This document shows positions 38,506-50,692 of a DNA stretch of 64,000 bases, in pieces. The DNA comes from Octopus sinensis (lineage: Eukaryota): NCBI RefSeq assembly GCF_006345805.1, contig NC_043000.1, positions 34,596,001 through 34,660,000 of the forward strand. The letters run 5' to 3'. The translations under genes and the position numbers were made by a program. The notes beneath the pieces were generated by a model that was not told where the DNA came from, did not search any database, and saw only the letters and a program-made list of their open reading frames with translations. The stretch's first letter is position 1; each line of letters starts with the position of its first letter.

Positions 38506-38521
38506 TTTTTGCTAGAAAAAA

Positions 38522-38559
38522 CTGTCTGATGAACGACAACGAGAAACTCAGAGTAACAG
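38522..38559 (+). ncRNA. Minimal type-I hammerhead ribozyme, family 4 (right arm)
   Basis: ctgt-CTGATGA-acg[acaa]cga-GAAA-ctc[a]gagta/acag; predicted cleavage after 38555; A-A apposition at the base of stem II. Confidence 0.7.
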
Positions 38560-39944
38560 ATTTTGTTGAATTTTCTGCTGCTTTAAATAAAGCATATTAC
38601 TCTACCACTGGTATTTGAGTACTCTTTTTTCCACCTTGTTTCACATTTATGTGTTTACTCCGGTATGTATATATATATATATATATATACATATACATAC
38701 TTCTATTAAAGCTGCAAATTGTGTGTGTGTATATATACACACACATGCACGCACACACACACATACACATATATAGCTTATACCTACATAGTTTGTCTTT
38801 ATATAATTTACATGTTTGTGTGTATGTGTGGTGTGTGTGTGTGTATGCCTGCATCTACATATATATGTTTTTCTTTGGGGTTTAAGTTCTTTACCAAATT
38901 CCTGCCAGTTCCTAACAAAATAACATGGTTTCCTTGTTTGAATGAAAACAGTTCAAAGGATTTCTGAAAACATGAGTGAGCATAAGTGTGTTTGTGTGTG
39001 TGTATGTGTGTGCCTGTAAATATACATAAGTGTATGTGTGAATAATTTGAGTGAGTGTATATAAGCGTTTATATAAGCATGTGTAATACTTGAGTGAATG
39101 AGTGGAGGAAACCTGTGGAAGAGGAAGACCCAGGAAGATGTGGGACAAAGTGTTGAGAAATGATCTTCAGAGGTTGAGCCTCACAGAAGAGATGACAAAG
39201 GGCTGCGATTTTTAGCGATTTGCTGGGCTTGAGAAGACCCATCAGTTAAAATCCAGGACATAAAAGCATGTCTTTTATAGCCATGCCACCACCACCACCA
39301 TCACAACCCATCCTCCACTCCAATATATTCACCCATTCCCTGCCCATGCTCACCACCCCTCCATCCTCCCTTACATACTTCTCTGCACACAATATGTTCT
39401 TGTTGAATCCCTTCCCCACTATATATACTCCTAATAACTCTCCCTCCTGCCGCTACCTGTGTCCACTCCCTACATCCCCACCACTACTAGCTCCCACTCA
39501 CCCTCTCCATTCCCTGGTTCACTTCCCTATATACACCTTCCAGTAATTTGGTTTTATGGCCTCGCCCCCTTCCTCATCACATTTTCCTATCTTCTCTCTT
39601 TCCCCTTTCCCTACTCACATACTCTCTCTCTTTCACGCCATCGGAGGCAGTCATATTTTCTTTGTAATGTAAAGCATCTTCTTCTGTCTCTCTATCTGCG
39701 CCACCCCCACCCCATCTGCGCCAATGTAGGGGGCCTTGCCCTGCAAGTTACTTGGTGGCCTCACTGCTGCTGGTGCCACACAAAATCATTCATAAAGTGG
39801 TTGGTGTAAGGGGGGTGGGGCTCCAGCCATAGAAATCATTTCAAAGAAGACAACGAAGCCTAGTGCAGCTCTCTGGTTTGCCAGTTCCTGTTAAACCGTC
39901 CAACCCATGCCAGCAAGGAAAATGGACATTAAATGATGATGATG

Positions 39945-41280
39945 ATTTGAACAGCAACTGATGATATGTGTGGCATCTTCCATACTTGTATGGCACAATC
40001 AATGATCTCAATCCCAGTGTGGAGACTCGGAGGTGTCCTTTCTTCTTTTGTTAAAAAGTGATTTAGTAGTTCTCTCTTCTTGGATAGCAGCAGTACAACC
40101 TTTGAAACGTGGCAAATCTGTGGCAGGTCTGAGAGTGGCTACCATTCCTGTCAATGTTGATATTGTCTAATTTGCAGTATATTTAGCCATGCATAACTTT
40201 CTGCTTGCATGTTGAGCATTACTACTCCAAGACCACCCTGCCCACACTATTATAAAGCAGCTGGTATTAAGATGGGTAACCAGCCATGGAAACCTTGCCA
40301 AAGCAGACTTCCAAGCCCAACACTGCCCTCTGGCTCACTGGACCCTGCCAAATCATCCAACCCATTCCAGCATGGAATCATCATCGTCATTGTTTAACGT
40401 CCTCTTTCCATGCTGGCATGGGTTGGACAGTTTGACTGGGGCCTGACTAGCCAGGTCACTCTGGGCTCCAGTTTAATCTGGCAATGTTTCTACAGCTGGA
40501 TGCCCTTCCTAATGCCAACCACTCCGAAAGTGTAGCAGGTGCATTTTAAGTGCCACCAGCACAAGAGCTAGTCAGGCAGCACTGGCATCGGCCATGTTTG
40601 GATGGTGCTTTTTACGTGTTACTGGCACAGGAGCCAGCCAAGGGGTACTGGCATCAGCCACGTTCGGATGGTGCTTTTTACATGCCACTGGCATGGGGTG
40701 CTAGTCAGGCAGCACTGGCAATGACCCACGCATACATGGTACTTATTGCATGCCACCAGCATTGGAGCCAGTCAGGCAGCACTGGCATCAGCCACAACTA
40801 CAATTTCCATTTGATTATGATTTGACTTGATTTTGATTTTACTTGACTCAAAAGGTCTCCTTAAGCATGACGATGAGTTCCACCATCCTTGGTTCACATG
40901 GGACAGCTGTGCACTCAAAGTACTTCTTCAGGAGTTCTTCACCTAATCTCATGATGATGCTATTTTCATTTTTAAGTACACATAAAATATACTCCTTCCT
41001 CTCTTTGCTGTTCAGTGGATGCTGTCCAAGTGACATGATGCAGCACTCAGGTGCTGTTTGGACTAACCATTTGCCTCTACCACCATCTCTTTGCACAAGA
41101 CAGATTCTGTCAGCATCACTGTCAATTTGGAAGCTACTTGTAGAGGTAAATATCCTTCTAGTTGTGGAGCTCATCAAGTGTCCAGCTGATTGTAAGTGAC
41201 AGCATCGGTACAACAAGAGCCTTCTGGGGATATAGTCTGATGGAATGTTAAACATCTCTGACTGCCAGGTCATCTGAGGA
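39945..41280 (-). mobile_element. R4/Dong-like (restriction-endonuclease class) non-LTR retrotransposon remnant, interrupted by RTE 3' fragments at about 40200-40845
   Basis: DSDADRICLVQRDGGRG (cf. DVDRLY.PRK.GGRGL) at about 41050-41100 and AAIQEE..LCHTSMEDATHIISCC (CCHC knuckle) at about 39950-40100. Confidence 0.6.
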
Positions 41281-44052
41281 ATTCATTTATTACTCTAGCT
41301 TTGCCCATGCATATGTATGCACAGATGGAAGCCCACATGCATGTAGCTAGTGTTCCTACACTGTCAGTGGAGAAAATTGTTGATATTGTAGTAATAATGT
41401 TTAGGCTGAGGTAATAGTAAAAGTATAGTGTCAATAATGTTTAAATTGCAGGAATAATGCTTACTCTCCTCTACAGCTCATATTCATCACCAACCACTCC
41501 TTCACCTTTGTTTAACAATATTCCTCCTACCCCTACCTCATCTCTCATCATCTACCACTCTCTTCCAACCCCATGCTTCGGCAACCTCTGCCCACCCATC
41601 CTTTCTGTGCTTCTGTCCCTATTCTCGCTTCCATTCATCTTCTTGTACTTTGAAGTTATACCCTGACAACTTGTCAGACCCCTCCCATCTTTATGTCTCT
41701 ATCCAGCTCTGCCATAAAGTAGCCATGCATCTCATCTTCAGTAATGAATCTCTTCCTATCCCTCAATCATACTCTAACCTCAACACCTGGCATGAAACCA
41801 CCCCTCTTTTTGCAATACTCCTAATCAGCCAAGGCAGAGGTGGCTGGGTGACTGGGTGGAGTCTTCTGTCTTGCAAATAACATGGTGACCTCACAGTTGC
41901 TGGTGCTATGAATAATAGCACCCAGTACTCTATAAAGTGAATGGCATTGAGAAAGCCAACTAACATTAGAAGCCATGCTGAAGGAGACACCGCAACATGA
42001 TACAGTCCTCCTATTCATTGGGTCCTGTGAAGCCATTGGACCTATTCTCACGTGGGAATTCATTGGGTCCTGGGGAGCCATCTGACCTATTCTCATGTGG
42101 AAGACAGATATAAAATGACGACGGTAATAATTTTGATATTGTTATAATAATGTTGGAATTCAGTAAGAATTTGTGTGAAGTAAGCAGTTGTTTCCACAGT
42201 GTTCAGGGTCCATGAGAGACCAGAGATGGTGATGACACACTTGGACAGTTGTAAGTAAATGATCAAGGGTAAAACATGAAAACTGTCCTAGAAAACATAA
42301 TTTTGGAAAATGTTCAAAACAGAATGTTCAGTTTTATCTTTTAATATTTACTTGTTTCAGTCTTTAGACTGCGGCCATGCTGGGGCAATGCCTCAAAGAA
42401 TTTCAGTCGAATGAATTGATTCAATAACTTTTTCAAAGCTTGGTACTTATTCTATCAGTCCTTTTTGCTGAACTGCTATGTTATGAGGATGTAAACACAC
42501 CAACACAGGCTGTCAATCGGTGGTGGCGACAAACACATACACATATGATGGGCTTCTTTCAGTTTCCATCCACCAAATCCACTCACAAAGCTTTGGTTGG
42601 CCCAAGGGTCTACTATCACACAGTGGGACTGAACCTGGAATCATGTGATCGAGAAGCAAACTTCTTACCATACAGCCACACCTGCACCTATGTAACAACT
42701 GTAATTACTGCTTCGTTAGGATTTTCAGAGGGCACAAAACACAGTAACATTAGTAAATTTTATTTGCATTACTTCTTGACTCACCTTTGTGTATGCAAAG
42801 GTTAAGTCAAAAAGCAACACAAATAAAAATTGCATTACTTTCTGACTCAACCGAGTGTGTGTGTGTGTGTTTGTGTGTGTGAGCTGAAATACTGAATGTT
42901 CCTTTGTTGTTATTTTTGTTTGTTTTACACATACACACACACATAAATATACAAATAAAAATGTGAAATACAAATTACTTTTTCAGAGTTAATTACTCAA
43001 CAGTAATCAAAAGTTGTGCTGTTTGATAAATACTTGCATTTTTAATTTCAAATTGTAACAATTTCAATAATGCAGTCGCCACCATAAAGCGCTGCTGTCT
43101 GTAAGAAATGTTTTTATTCATGACATACAACCTAATTTCATTGCCTTCTGGTGTTTAAATCCATCCAGCCTTTGGAGGGTAACATGGACAAACAAGACCT
43201 TGTGGAGAAACTTGTGGTAAGGAGTTTGCCTCCCAACCACATGGCTCCAGGATCAATTCCAATGCATGGCACCTTAGGCAAATGTCTTATACTATAGCCT
43301 CATGCTTACCAAAGCCTTGAGTAGATTTGGTAGATGGAAACTGAAAGAATCCCCTCATAGGTGTGTGTGTGTATTTGTCCCCCACCACTGCTTGACAACC
43401 AGTGTTGGTGTATTTATGTACCCATAACTTATCAGTTCAGCAAAAGGGGTCGATGAAGTAAGTACCAGGCCTAAGGAAAAAGTACTGGATGTCGATTGCC
43501 CCAGCATCGCCACAGCCTAATGACTGAAACAAGTCCAGTTGATAGAAGGTGTTGCACTTGTATCTATTTATGTCTCTCCTGTTGACAGTTATGCAGACTT
43601 AGTGAGAGGCACCTTGGCCAAGGGCCCAATGCAGAAGCACTGGACACAGAATATTCTTTTCTACTCTAGGTGCAAGGCCCGAAATCTTTGGGGAGGAGCT
43701 AGTCGATTAGATCGATCCCAGTACACAACTGGTACTTCATTTATCGACCCTGAAAGGATGAAAGGTAAAGTTGATCTCAGTGGAATTTGAACTCAGAACG
43801 TAAAGACAGAGGAAATACCGATAAGCATTTCGCCCGGTGTGCCGACGTTTCTGCCAGCTCGCTGCCTTACTGGACACACAATATTGAGCCATTGAGCTTT
43901 TCAGTCTAATTTCACCTAAAAACTCAACCAACCAAGACAGGAAGGGGTGATATGTCAGTGCCTTCAGCTTATAGCTTATTACCAATACAACCATACAAAG
44001 TCGGAAACTATTGGATGAGAACAACAGTATTATATAGATAACAAGGGAATTT

Positions 44053-44464
44053 ACATTATTTACATTTGTCGGATATTTGTCCTCATCTTGTTTGTTGTTA
44101 ACACAACATTTCGGCTGATACACCCTTCAGCCTTCATCTGGTGTCTTGGGGAAATTTCGAACCTGGGTTCTCATTCCTAAAGAATTTTTCGATGTTATTA
44201 TTATTATTATTATTATTCAGGTCACTGCCTGGAATTGAACTTGGAATCTTGGGGTTAGTAGCCCACGCTCTTAACTACTACGCCATATGCCCACAGGCAT
44301 ATGGCGTAGTGGTCTTAACCTGAATTTGAAACTTCCCCAAGATACTTGATGAAGGCTGGAGGGAATATCAGCAGAAACGTGTTAACAACAAACAAGATGA
44401 GGACAAAAAATCCGTCAAATGTATATAATGTACATAAGTCCTCATCTCTTAAATATAGAACTAG
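44053..44464. mobile_element. Family-1 head-to-head palindromic insertion without coding sequence
   Basis: Minus arm 44053-~44293, plus arm ~44297-44464 (internally deleted); 13-bp TSD aacaagggaattt at 44040-44052 and 44465-44477; HHRs at 44100-44145 (CAGATGA) and 44341-44383 (TTGATGA) are both mutated. Confidence 0.88.
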
Positions 44465-45196
44465 AACAAGGGAATTTGTTGGAACAGTGTATAAGATATA
44501 TGTCAGAAAGGGGCAAAGATGAATAACAACAGTAAAAGTGGGTTTTGTTGGATAAGATGATAACAATGCCGGACGTGATCGGTTAACAAATGCCAACTAA
44601 CAACACCATCAAATGCCATTCGTTGACATTGGAAGAGATGCAGTTAAATTGATGGCACTGTCTTTTACAATGAGACAATGGTAAAAACAGATGTGGGAGA
44701 GTAAGGCATTGGTGATACAGCAGTTAGGTCAGACGTGGGACTGTGGAGTTAGAGCTGTGTGATGACAGAGGAGTGGAGGCACACTGTGTCACAGCTAGCA
44801 ACACGCCAGTAACGATAGCAATAAGGTGGTGGTTGTGACAATAATGGTGATGATGTTGGCGGAGGTGATGCTGATGATAGTAACAGAGCTGCATGGCAAC
44901 ATATAATGGCCTGTAGATAACATTTGATAAAACAATAATGATGTCTTTAGAATAATCATAAAGATAAACTTTCTTTTAAGAATCATTTTAGCAGGTAAAA
45001 GAGACACAAATATTACTGGTATTTCATCGATACTGGAAGGACTGAGGAACACAATGATATCTGGGCAAGCATATACATACATACATACATACATACATAC
45101 ATACACACACATATATATTTGTACATATACATACACACACATATATATTTGTAGATATACATATATACACACACACACACATATATTTGTACATAT

Positions 45197-45242
<46 letters not shown>

Positions 45243-45892
45243 TTGTACATATACATACACACACACACATATATATATTTATATATATATATTTGTACAT
45301 ATACATATACACACATACACAATAGATGCTATAGAGAGACAAGTTTGGTACGCAGCTGTTCAGAAAAAATACATTGCCATCTTAATAATAATAATAATAA
45401 TAATAATGATTTCATTTATTTGCCACAAGGGTGAAGGATGAGGGGGACAATACAAAGACAGACATAAAGTGTAGGGGTTTACATATAATGAAATGATAAA
45501 AAAAAAGTGAAAGAAAGAAAGTATACACGGTATACACTGAAAAAGAAGGGACACATACATAGCATACAGAGGTTTAAAAACAACAACAACAACAATAAAC
45601 TCTATATACTGAGTAATTCTATACTTGTTTGATGTTTAGAAATGTGCCATATTGTGTAAATATTAATAATATGAGATTGCTAGTCCAATCAATACATAAC
45701 GACTCTGGTAGTAATAAGTCATTTCAGACATTTGGTAGTTTGGAAAAAAATCCTCATAGAAATCCTTCAAATAGATGTGTGTATAAAGTGTGTGTGTGTT
45801 TATCTCCATAAACTGTGATACATATGCACCAATCTATCTGCCTGCCTGCCTGTCTGTCTGTCTATGCACCTATCTATCTATCTATCTATCTA

Positions 45893-45946
<54 letters not shown>

Positions 45947-46739
45947 GATAAAAAATACAAAGCAAAAAGCCTTGTGAAAAACAGTTACCCAGGGTTCCCT
46001 GGTTGAGATATTAATTTATTTTGCCATTTATGAAGATGGTGAAAACAATGACAGTTTAGTAACTGCATTCAATGCAACTGACGTTTGAATGAGCACATGC
46101 ATTTAGAATAAAAATGGAGAAAAATGAAGGGGAGATAATGAACTGAACAGTAAATATAACCAGTGTCTTACACATGTGTACAAAAAATTACATAAAACAA
46201 CACTGGAATGTGTTCTCCTTAAATTTCGCTAAGATGTATTTTATAAAGTGTGGGCATGAAGAAAAAATCTCATATTTATGCAGTTACTGAAGGTTGTTTT
46301 TTTTTAAAAAGATACAGCTTTTCAAGTGATCATAGAGAACTTTTTGACTATTAATATAAAGGTTTGGCTTAAGAAAGGACCTCCCATTTGATGCAGTTGA
46401 TTTCGTTATTAAGTCTCCTTTACCCTCTTCTATCTCTTCCTGTCTCTCTCCCTCTTTCTATCTCCATCTTCATGCTGATACTAGTGAGATATCTGTGTTG
46501 GAAGCTAGGAACAATTGGTTTAATATCCCTCTTATTTATAATGTAACTGCTTTTGAGACCAAACAGAAGCTTGGCACTTCCCATCTTTTCCTCCCAATAC
46601 AATATCAGGCCTGTGGCAAAGACACCTTATTCGCAACATTCAAATACACCCAAACAATCTCTAAAGTATCCAACCAGGGTAAGGACAATAATTTTACAGG
46701 GCTGAGTTCAATTCCTTGGTTATATAAATTGAACAGCCA

Positions 46740-47100
46740 GTGCCGGTTAACTGGGCCACTGCCGCCTGACTGGCTCCTGTGCTGGTGGCATGTAAAAAGC
46801 ACCATTCAAGTGTGGCTGATGCCAGTACCACCTGACTGGCCTTCATACTGGTGGCATGTAAAAAGCACCATCCAAGCATGGCTGATGCCAGTACCGCCTG
46901 ACTGGCCCTCATGCTGGTGGCTTGTAAAAAGCACCCACTACACTCTCAGAGTGGTTAGCGTTAGGAAGGGCATCCAGCTGTAGAAACATTGCCACATCGG
47001 ATTGGAGCCTGGGGCAGACTTCTGGCTCACCAGCCCTCAGTCAAACTGTCCAACCCATGCTAGCATGCAAAGCGGATGTTAAACGATGATGATGATGAAC
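46740..47100 (+). mobile_element. RTE-type LINE 3' UTR with three ~64-bp tandem units and (GAT)n tail
   Basis: Units cctgactggc..gctggtggcatgtaaaaagcacc; ends gttaaacgatgatgatgatg. Confidence 0.8.
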
Positions 47101-47167
47101 AGTGAGAAACTAGCTCTGGTCCATCTTTTATCCCTAACCATTAGCCTAATGGGTTTGTGTATAAGGG

Positions 47168-47375
47168 GTGGGGCTGTAAAATTCCTAGTTTTGGGTAAAA
47201 GAAAATTTAGAAGGATCAGTTAATTATGATTTTATTCAACATATTCCCTTCTCAGATTCACACACTCATTGCAGGGGTCCTTCAGTTTTTTTAAACCCTG
47301 TAAAAGAAGTTAGAAGGTTGGGCTTCCAACCTGGCCTTTTGCAATGCCCTTAAAGCCAGGAACTATTTTTAACCT
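47168..47375 (-). mobile_element. Mariner-derived MITE
   Basis: Degenerate TIRs ggggctgtaaaattcctagtttt / aaagccaggaactattttt; interior resembles a mariner transposase 3' end. Confidence 0.5.
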
Positions 47376-49584
47376 CTCACCTGTTGCCAGGTCCATAAGG
47401 TGAAACAAAGAGATGATTAAATATTTATTTACATGTAGCACTGAAAACATGTAGGAGGAAAATGTGACTTGCTATTCTGAATACATCAGGAAGTTTGTTG
47501 AGTGAGATTTCAGAGGAGAAATACAGGATTAGTCTTGCCTGAAAATGGTATTTGACTTTCAAAGAGATATGTATAAAATCTACCCAGCACAAGATTAAGT
47601 AATCAGCTCTCCTAGTTCTTGTCTTATTAGTAATGCAGGGTTAATATCATTATTTTTAAAAATTGTAAACAGTGATGAAATTGCCTTAAATTATGGTGTC
47701 AAAGTTTAGATCAGATCCTTGATATTTATAAATGTTACAGTTTAATTAGTGAGGTAAGTTAATTACAATACATCCTCACTTAATTATTTGTAAATGAATG
47801 TTAAAAATAAAGATGAAACAATTTTTTTTTTGTGCCTGGGGACAGTCACTCTGTTTTAATGCCATATTAATTAATACACTCACCGGTTCAATTTCCATTC
47901 ATTTATAATTTTTTTTTTCTAAAATTTCCATTGCTTCATGAATCCATTTGCAGATTCATTAATGCATAATACATTAATAAGTTTATTGTAGAGAAAACTA
48001 TGGTTAAAACCAAACATGTTCAGCTAATTGTAGAACCATTTCTCCATGCAAACATGTAACAATAGATAGTAAATACAAACAGAAATCGTGTCCAGTCAAT
48101 GGTTTTCATTACTCCTCTTTTTTCCCATCTTTTGCATGTTTCAGTCAGTAGAATGTGGCCATGCTGGGGCACCACATTGAAGAATTTTAGCTGAACAAAT
48201 CGACCCTGGTATTTGTATTTTTTTTAAGCCTGGTACTTTTTCTATCAGTCTCTTTTGCCAAACTGCCAAGTTATGGGGATGTAAATACACCAACACCGGT
48301 TGTCAAATGGTGGGGGGGAGGCAAAAACAGGCACACACACACATGACAGGCCTCTTTCAATTTCTGTCTACCAAATCCACTCACAAGGCTTTGGTTGGCT
48401 CAAGGCTATAGTAAAAGATACTTGCTCAAGGTGCCACACAGTGGGACTGAACCTGGAACGTTGAGGCTGAGAAGGAAACTTCTTACCACATAACCATAGA
48501 AGAAGAGAAAACAAAAACATTGAATTTTAAATTTGACAGTAATTATTTTTTTTTTTACAAGTGCACAAAACTGGATTCATAGAGATGAATGAGATGGTTT
48601 GTGCCTTTCTCAAGGGTTTTACCAGTAAATCAAACAATAATTCTATAGAAAACAAAGTCAGTATTTAGTTTAGAGTGAATGCTTGAATTGAAACCTTAAC
48701 CCTCTAGTATCTACATCTGCTTCAGCTCCTATCTCTTGATGTCTGGTATTCTAAATAAACAATTGAAATCTAATTATATTTACTTATTTGAGTCAAACTT
48801 CATGTTTTCCATGATCTTCTGTAAAACAAGAACAATGGCATTTGCACTCAATAAATTCTTATTTACTCTCCAGTAATCTTTGTTTAAACTGATTACTTTC
48901 TTCGATGGAAACAATATTTTAACACAAAATACTCTCTGATATGCACAAAATAATAAACCTTACCTTGTATTAAATAAACTAACAATAACTATGAAAACCA
49001 AAGAGGAATTTGTTTTGTTTCTATCACACAACTGGTTTCCTATTCTGTACAGTCTCTGGTGCTGCTGGATGTGTCTGGCGTGTTACGCAGTCCCAGAGTT
49101 CAGTAAAATAGAAGGCAGGATGGTAAGCTCAATAAAAATAATCAATGCTTTAAAACGGTTAACAAATGAATTAAAAAATGCTCTGGTGGTTTTGAGTCAA
49201 CAGTAAAATGGTCAACACTGACTTCTTTCTTTTCCAACCAAACCAGAACCACAGACTTATGGTAATGCCAGAACAAGACTCACAGATGTTTCCCTCCACT
49301 AGGAGCTTACCTCCACTCTATTTGTGGTTGTTGTTGTTTACATTTTAAATCTGAATGTTGACAGGTAATTCATATTATTGGCTTCATTTATTCAGAAACA
49401 CAAATATTTTTTTAAACTTTTATTTTCCATTGACTTGCTGTGGTTCAACAAATCTTTGACTAGCATTAATCAATTAACAGCACAACTATGTTACATGTTT
49501 ATCTGTCAAATATTGCCATCTTGGAACATGATGACAAAGAAAATAGCTTTAAAATGCTTTTGATCTACAATGAGAAAATTATGT

Positions 49585-49724
49585 ACATTATTTACATTTG
49601 ATGGATATTTGTCCTCATCTTGTTTGTTCTTAACACAATGTTTTGGCTGATATACCCTCCAGCCTTCATCAGGAGTCTTGGGGAATTTTTGAACCTGGGT
49701 TCTCATTCCTAAGGTATTTTTCAA

Positions 49725-49760
<36 letters not shown>

Positions 49761-49903
49761 CATCATCATCATTATTATTCAGGTCACTGCCCGTACTCTT
49801 AACCACTACACCATATGCCCTTGGGTGTAGTGGTTAAGAGTGCAGGCTACTAACCCCAAGATTCCAAGTTCGATTCCAAGCAGTGATCTGAATAATAATA
49901 ATC

Positions 49904-49937
<34 letters not shown>

Positions 49938-50126
49938 CAACATCAAAAAATACCTTAGGAATGAGAACTCAGGTTCGAAATTCCCCCAGGATGCCTGATG
50001 AAGGCTGGAGGGTATATCAGCCGAAACGTTGTGTTAACAATAAAACAAGATGAGGACAAATATCCATCAAATGTAAAAAAAATGTAAATAATGTACATAA
50101 TTCCTCATTTCTTAAATTTAGAACTG
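49585..50126. mobile_element. Family-1 head-to-head palindromic insertion next to the SAMTOR exon
   Basis: Minus arm 49585-49820, plus arm ~49823-50126; candidate 8-bp TSD aattatgt at 49577-49584 and 50127-50134; plus arm has intact B-box gttcgattcc (49868-49877). Confidence 0.88.
49990..50035 (+). ncRNA. Minimal type-I hammerhead ribozyme, family 1 (core intact)
   Basis: gatgc-CTGATGA-a-ggctgg[agggtata]tcagcc-GAAA-cgtt/gtgtt; stem I has three G-U wobbles; predicted cleavage after 50030. Confidence 0.75.
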
Positions 50127-50352
50127 AATTATGTTTTCCACCAACAAAGACTAGAATGAATTAAATGAATTCCTAAAACTGGAGCGGAAGAACTGAAGTG
50201 AGGTCAGCAAGAATATGGAGGTTAATACTTAAGGAGACACTCTGGAAGATGTAATGCAGTTCAAAATATGGAATAATGAGTTTTTGAACCAAAAATATCA
50301 TTATTAGAGGAATTTCACTGATTGAAAAATAATGGAAGGTTGCTGTACTCAC

Positions 50353-50692
50353 ACAATATTTTGTTTCTGATTCCTATAATCTTCGGGTCTACAAACAGAT
50401 CCTGAAGCAACAAGCGATCCTGATGCAGAGGAAGTCTTCTCAACACAGCCTTCTAAAGGAGAATTTTGTTCCGTCTGATGGTGGCGTAGTCGACGCATAT
50501 CTTTGTCCCGAGCCTTTTGCAAGCCATCTTGTAGAAAGAATTTGTGGATAATATCCCGACACCATGTAATACGTGTCTGAGGTAGGTAAGACCAGTGGTC
50601 AACGGCTAAGTGGTGCATAGCATCAGCATAATCAGTTAAAAGTTGACCATTCTTGCAGTGTTCTTCCCAAATCTTCTGGAAATCTCCTCCAG
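50353..50692 (-). CDS. SAMTOR: Internal coding exon of the S-adenosylmethionine sensor upstream of mTORC1 (SAMTOR/BMT2/C7orf60)
   Basis: Open frame (A)GGDFQKIWEEHCKNGQLLTDYADAMHHLAVDHWSYLPQTRITWCRDIIHKFFLQDGLQKARDKDMRR.. aligns with the human sequence as recalled (GDFDKIWREHC..EYAVAMKNLADNHW..RIEWC..YF..KRKALEKDEKR). Acceptor tctttctctctttgacag and donor GTGAGT; phase 1 in, phase 2 out, 340 nt. Confidence 0.88.

Larger units (their letters stand above)
38435..38592. repeat. Near-perfect palindrome, 76-bp arms, 6-nt loop, one mismatch
   Basis: Arms 38435-38510 and 38517-38592; only c38491/a38536 fails to pair. Confidence 0.97.
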
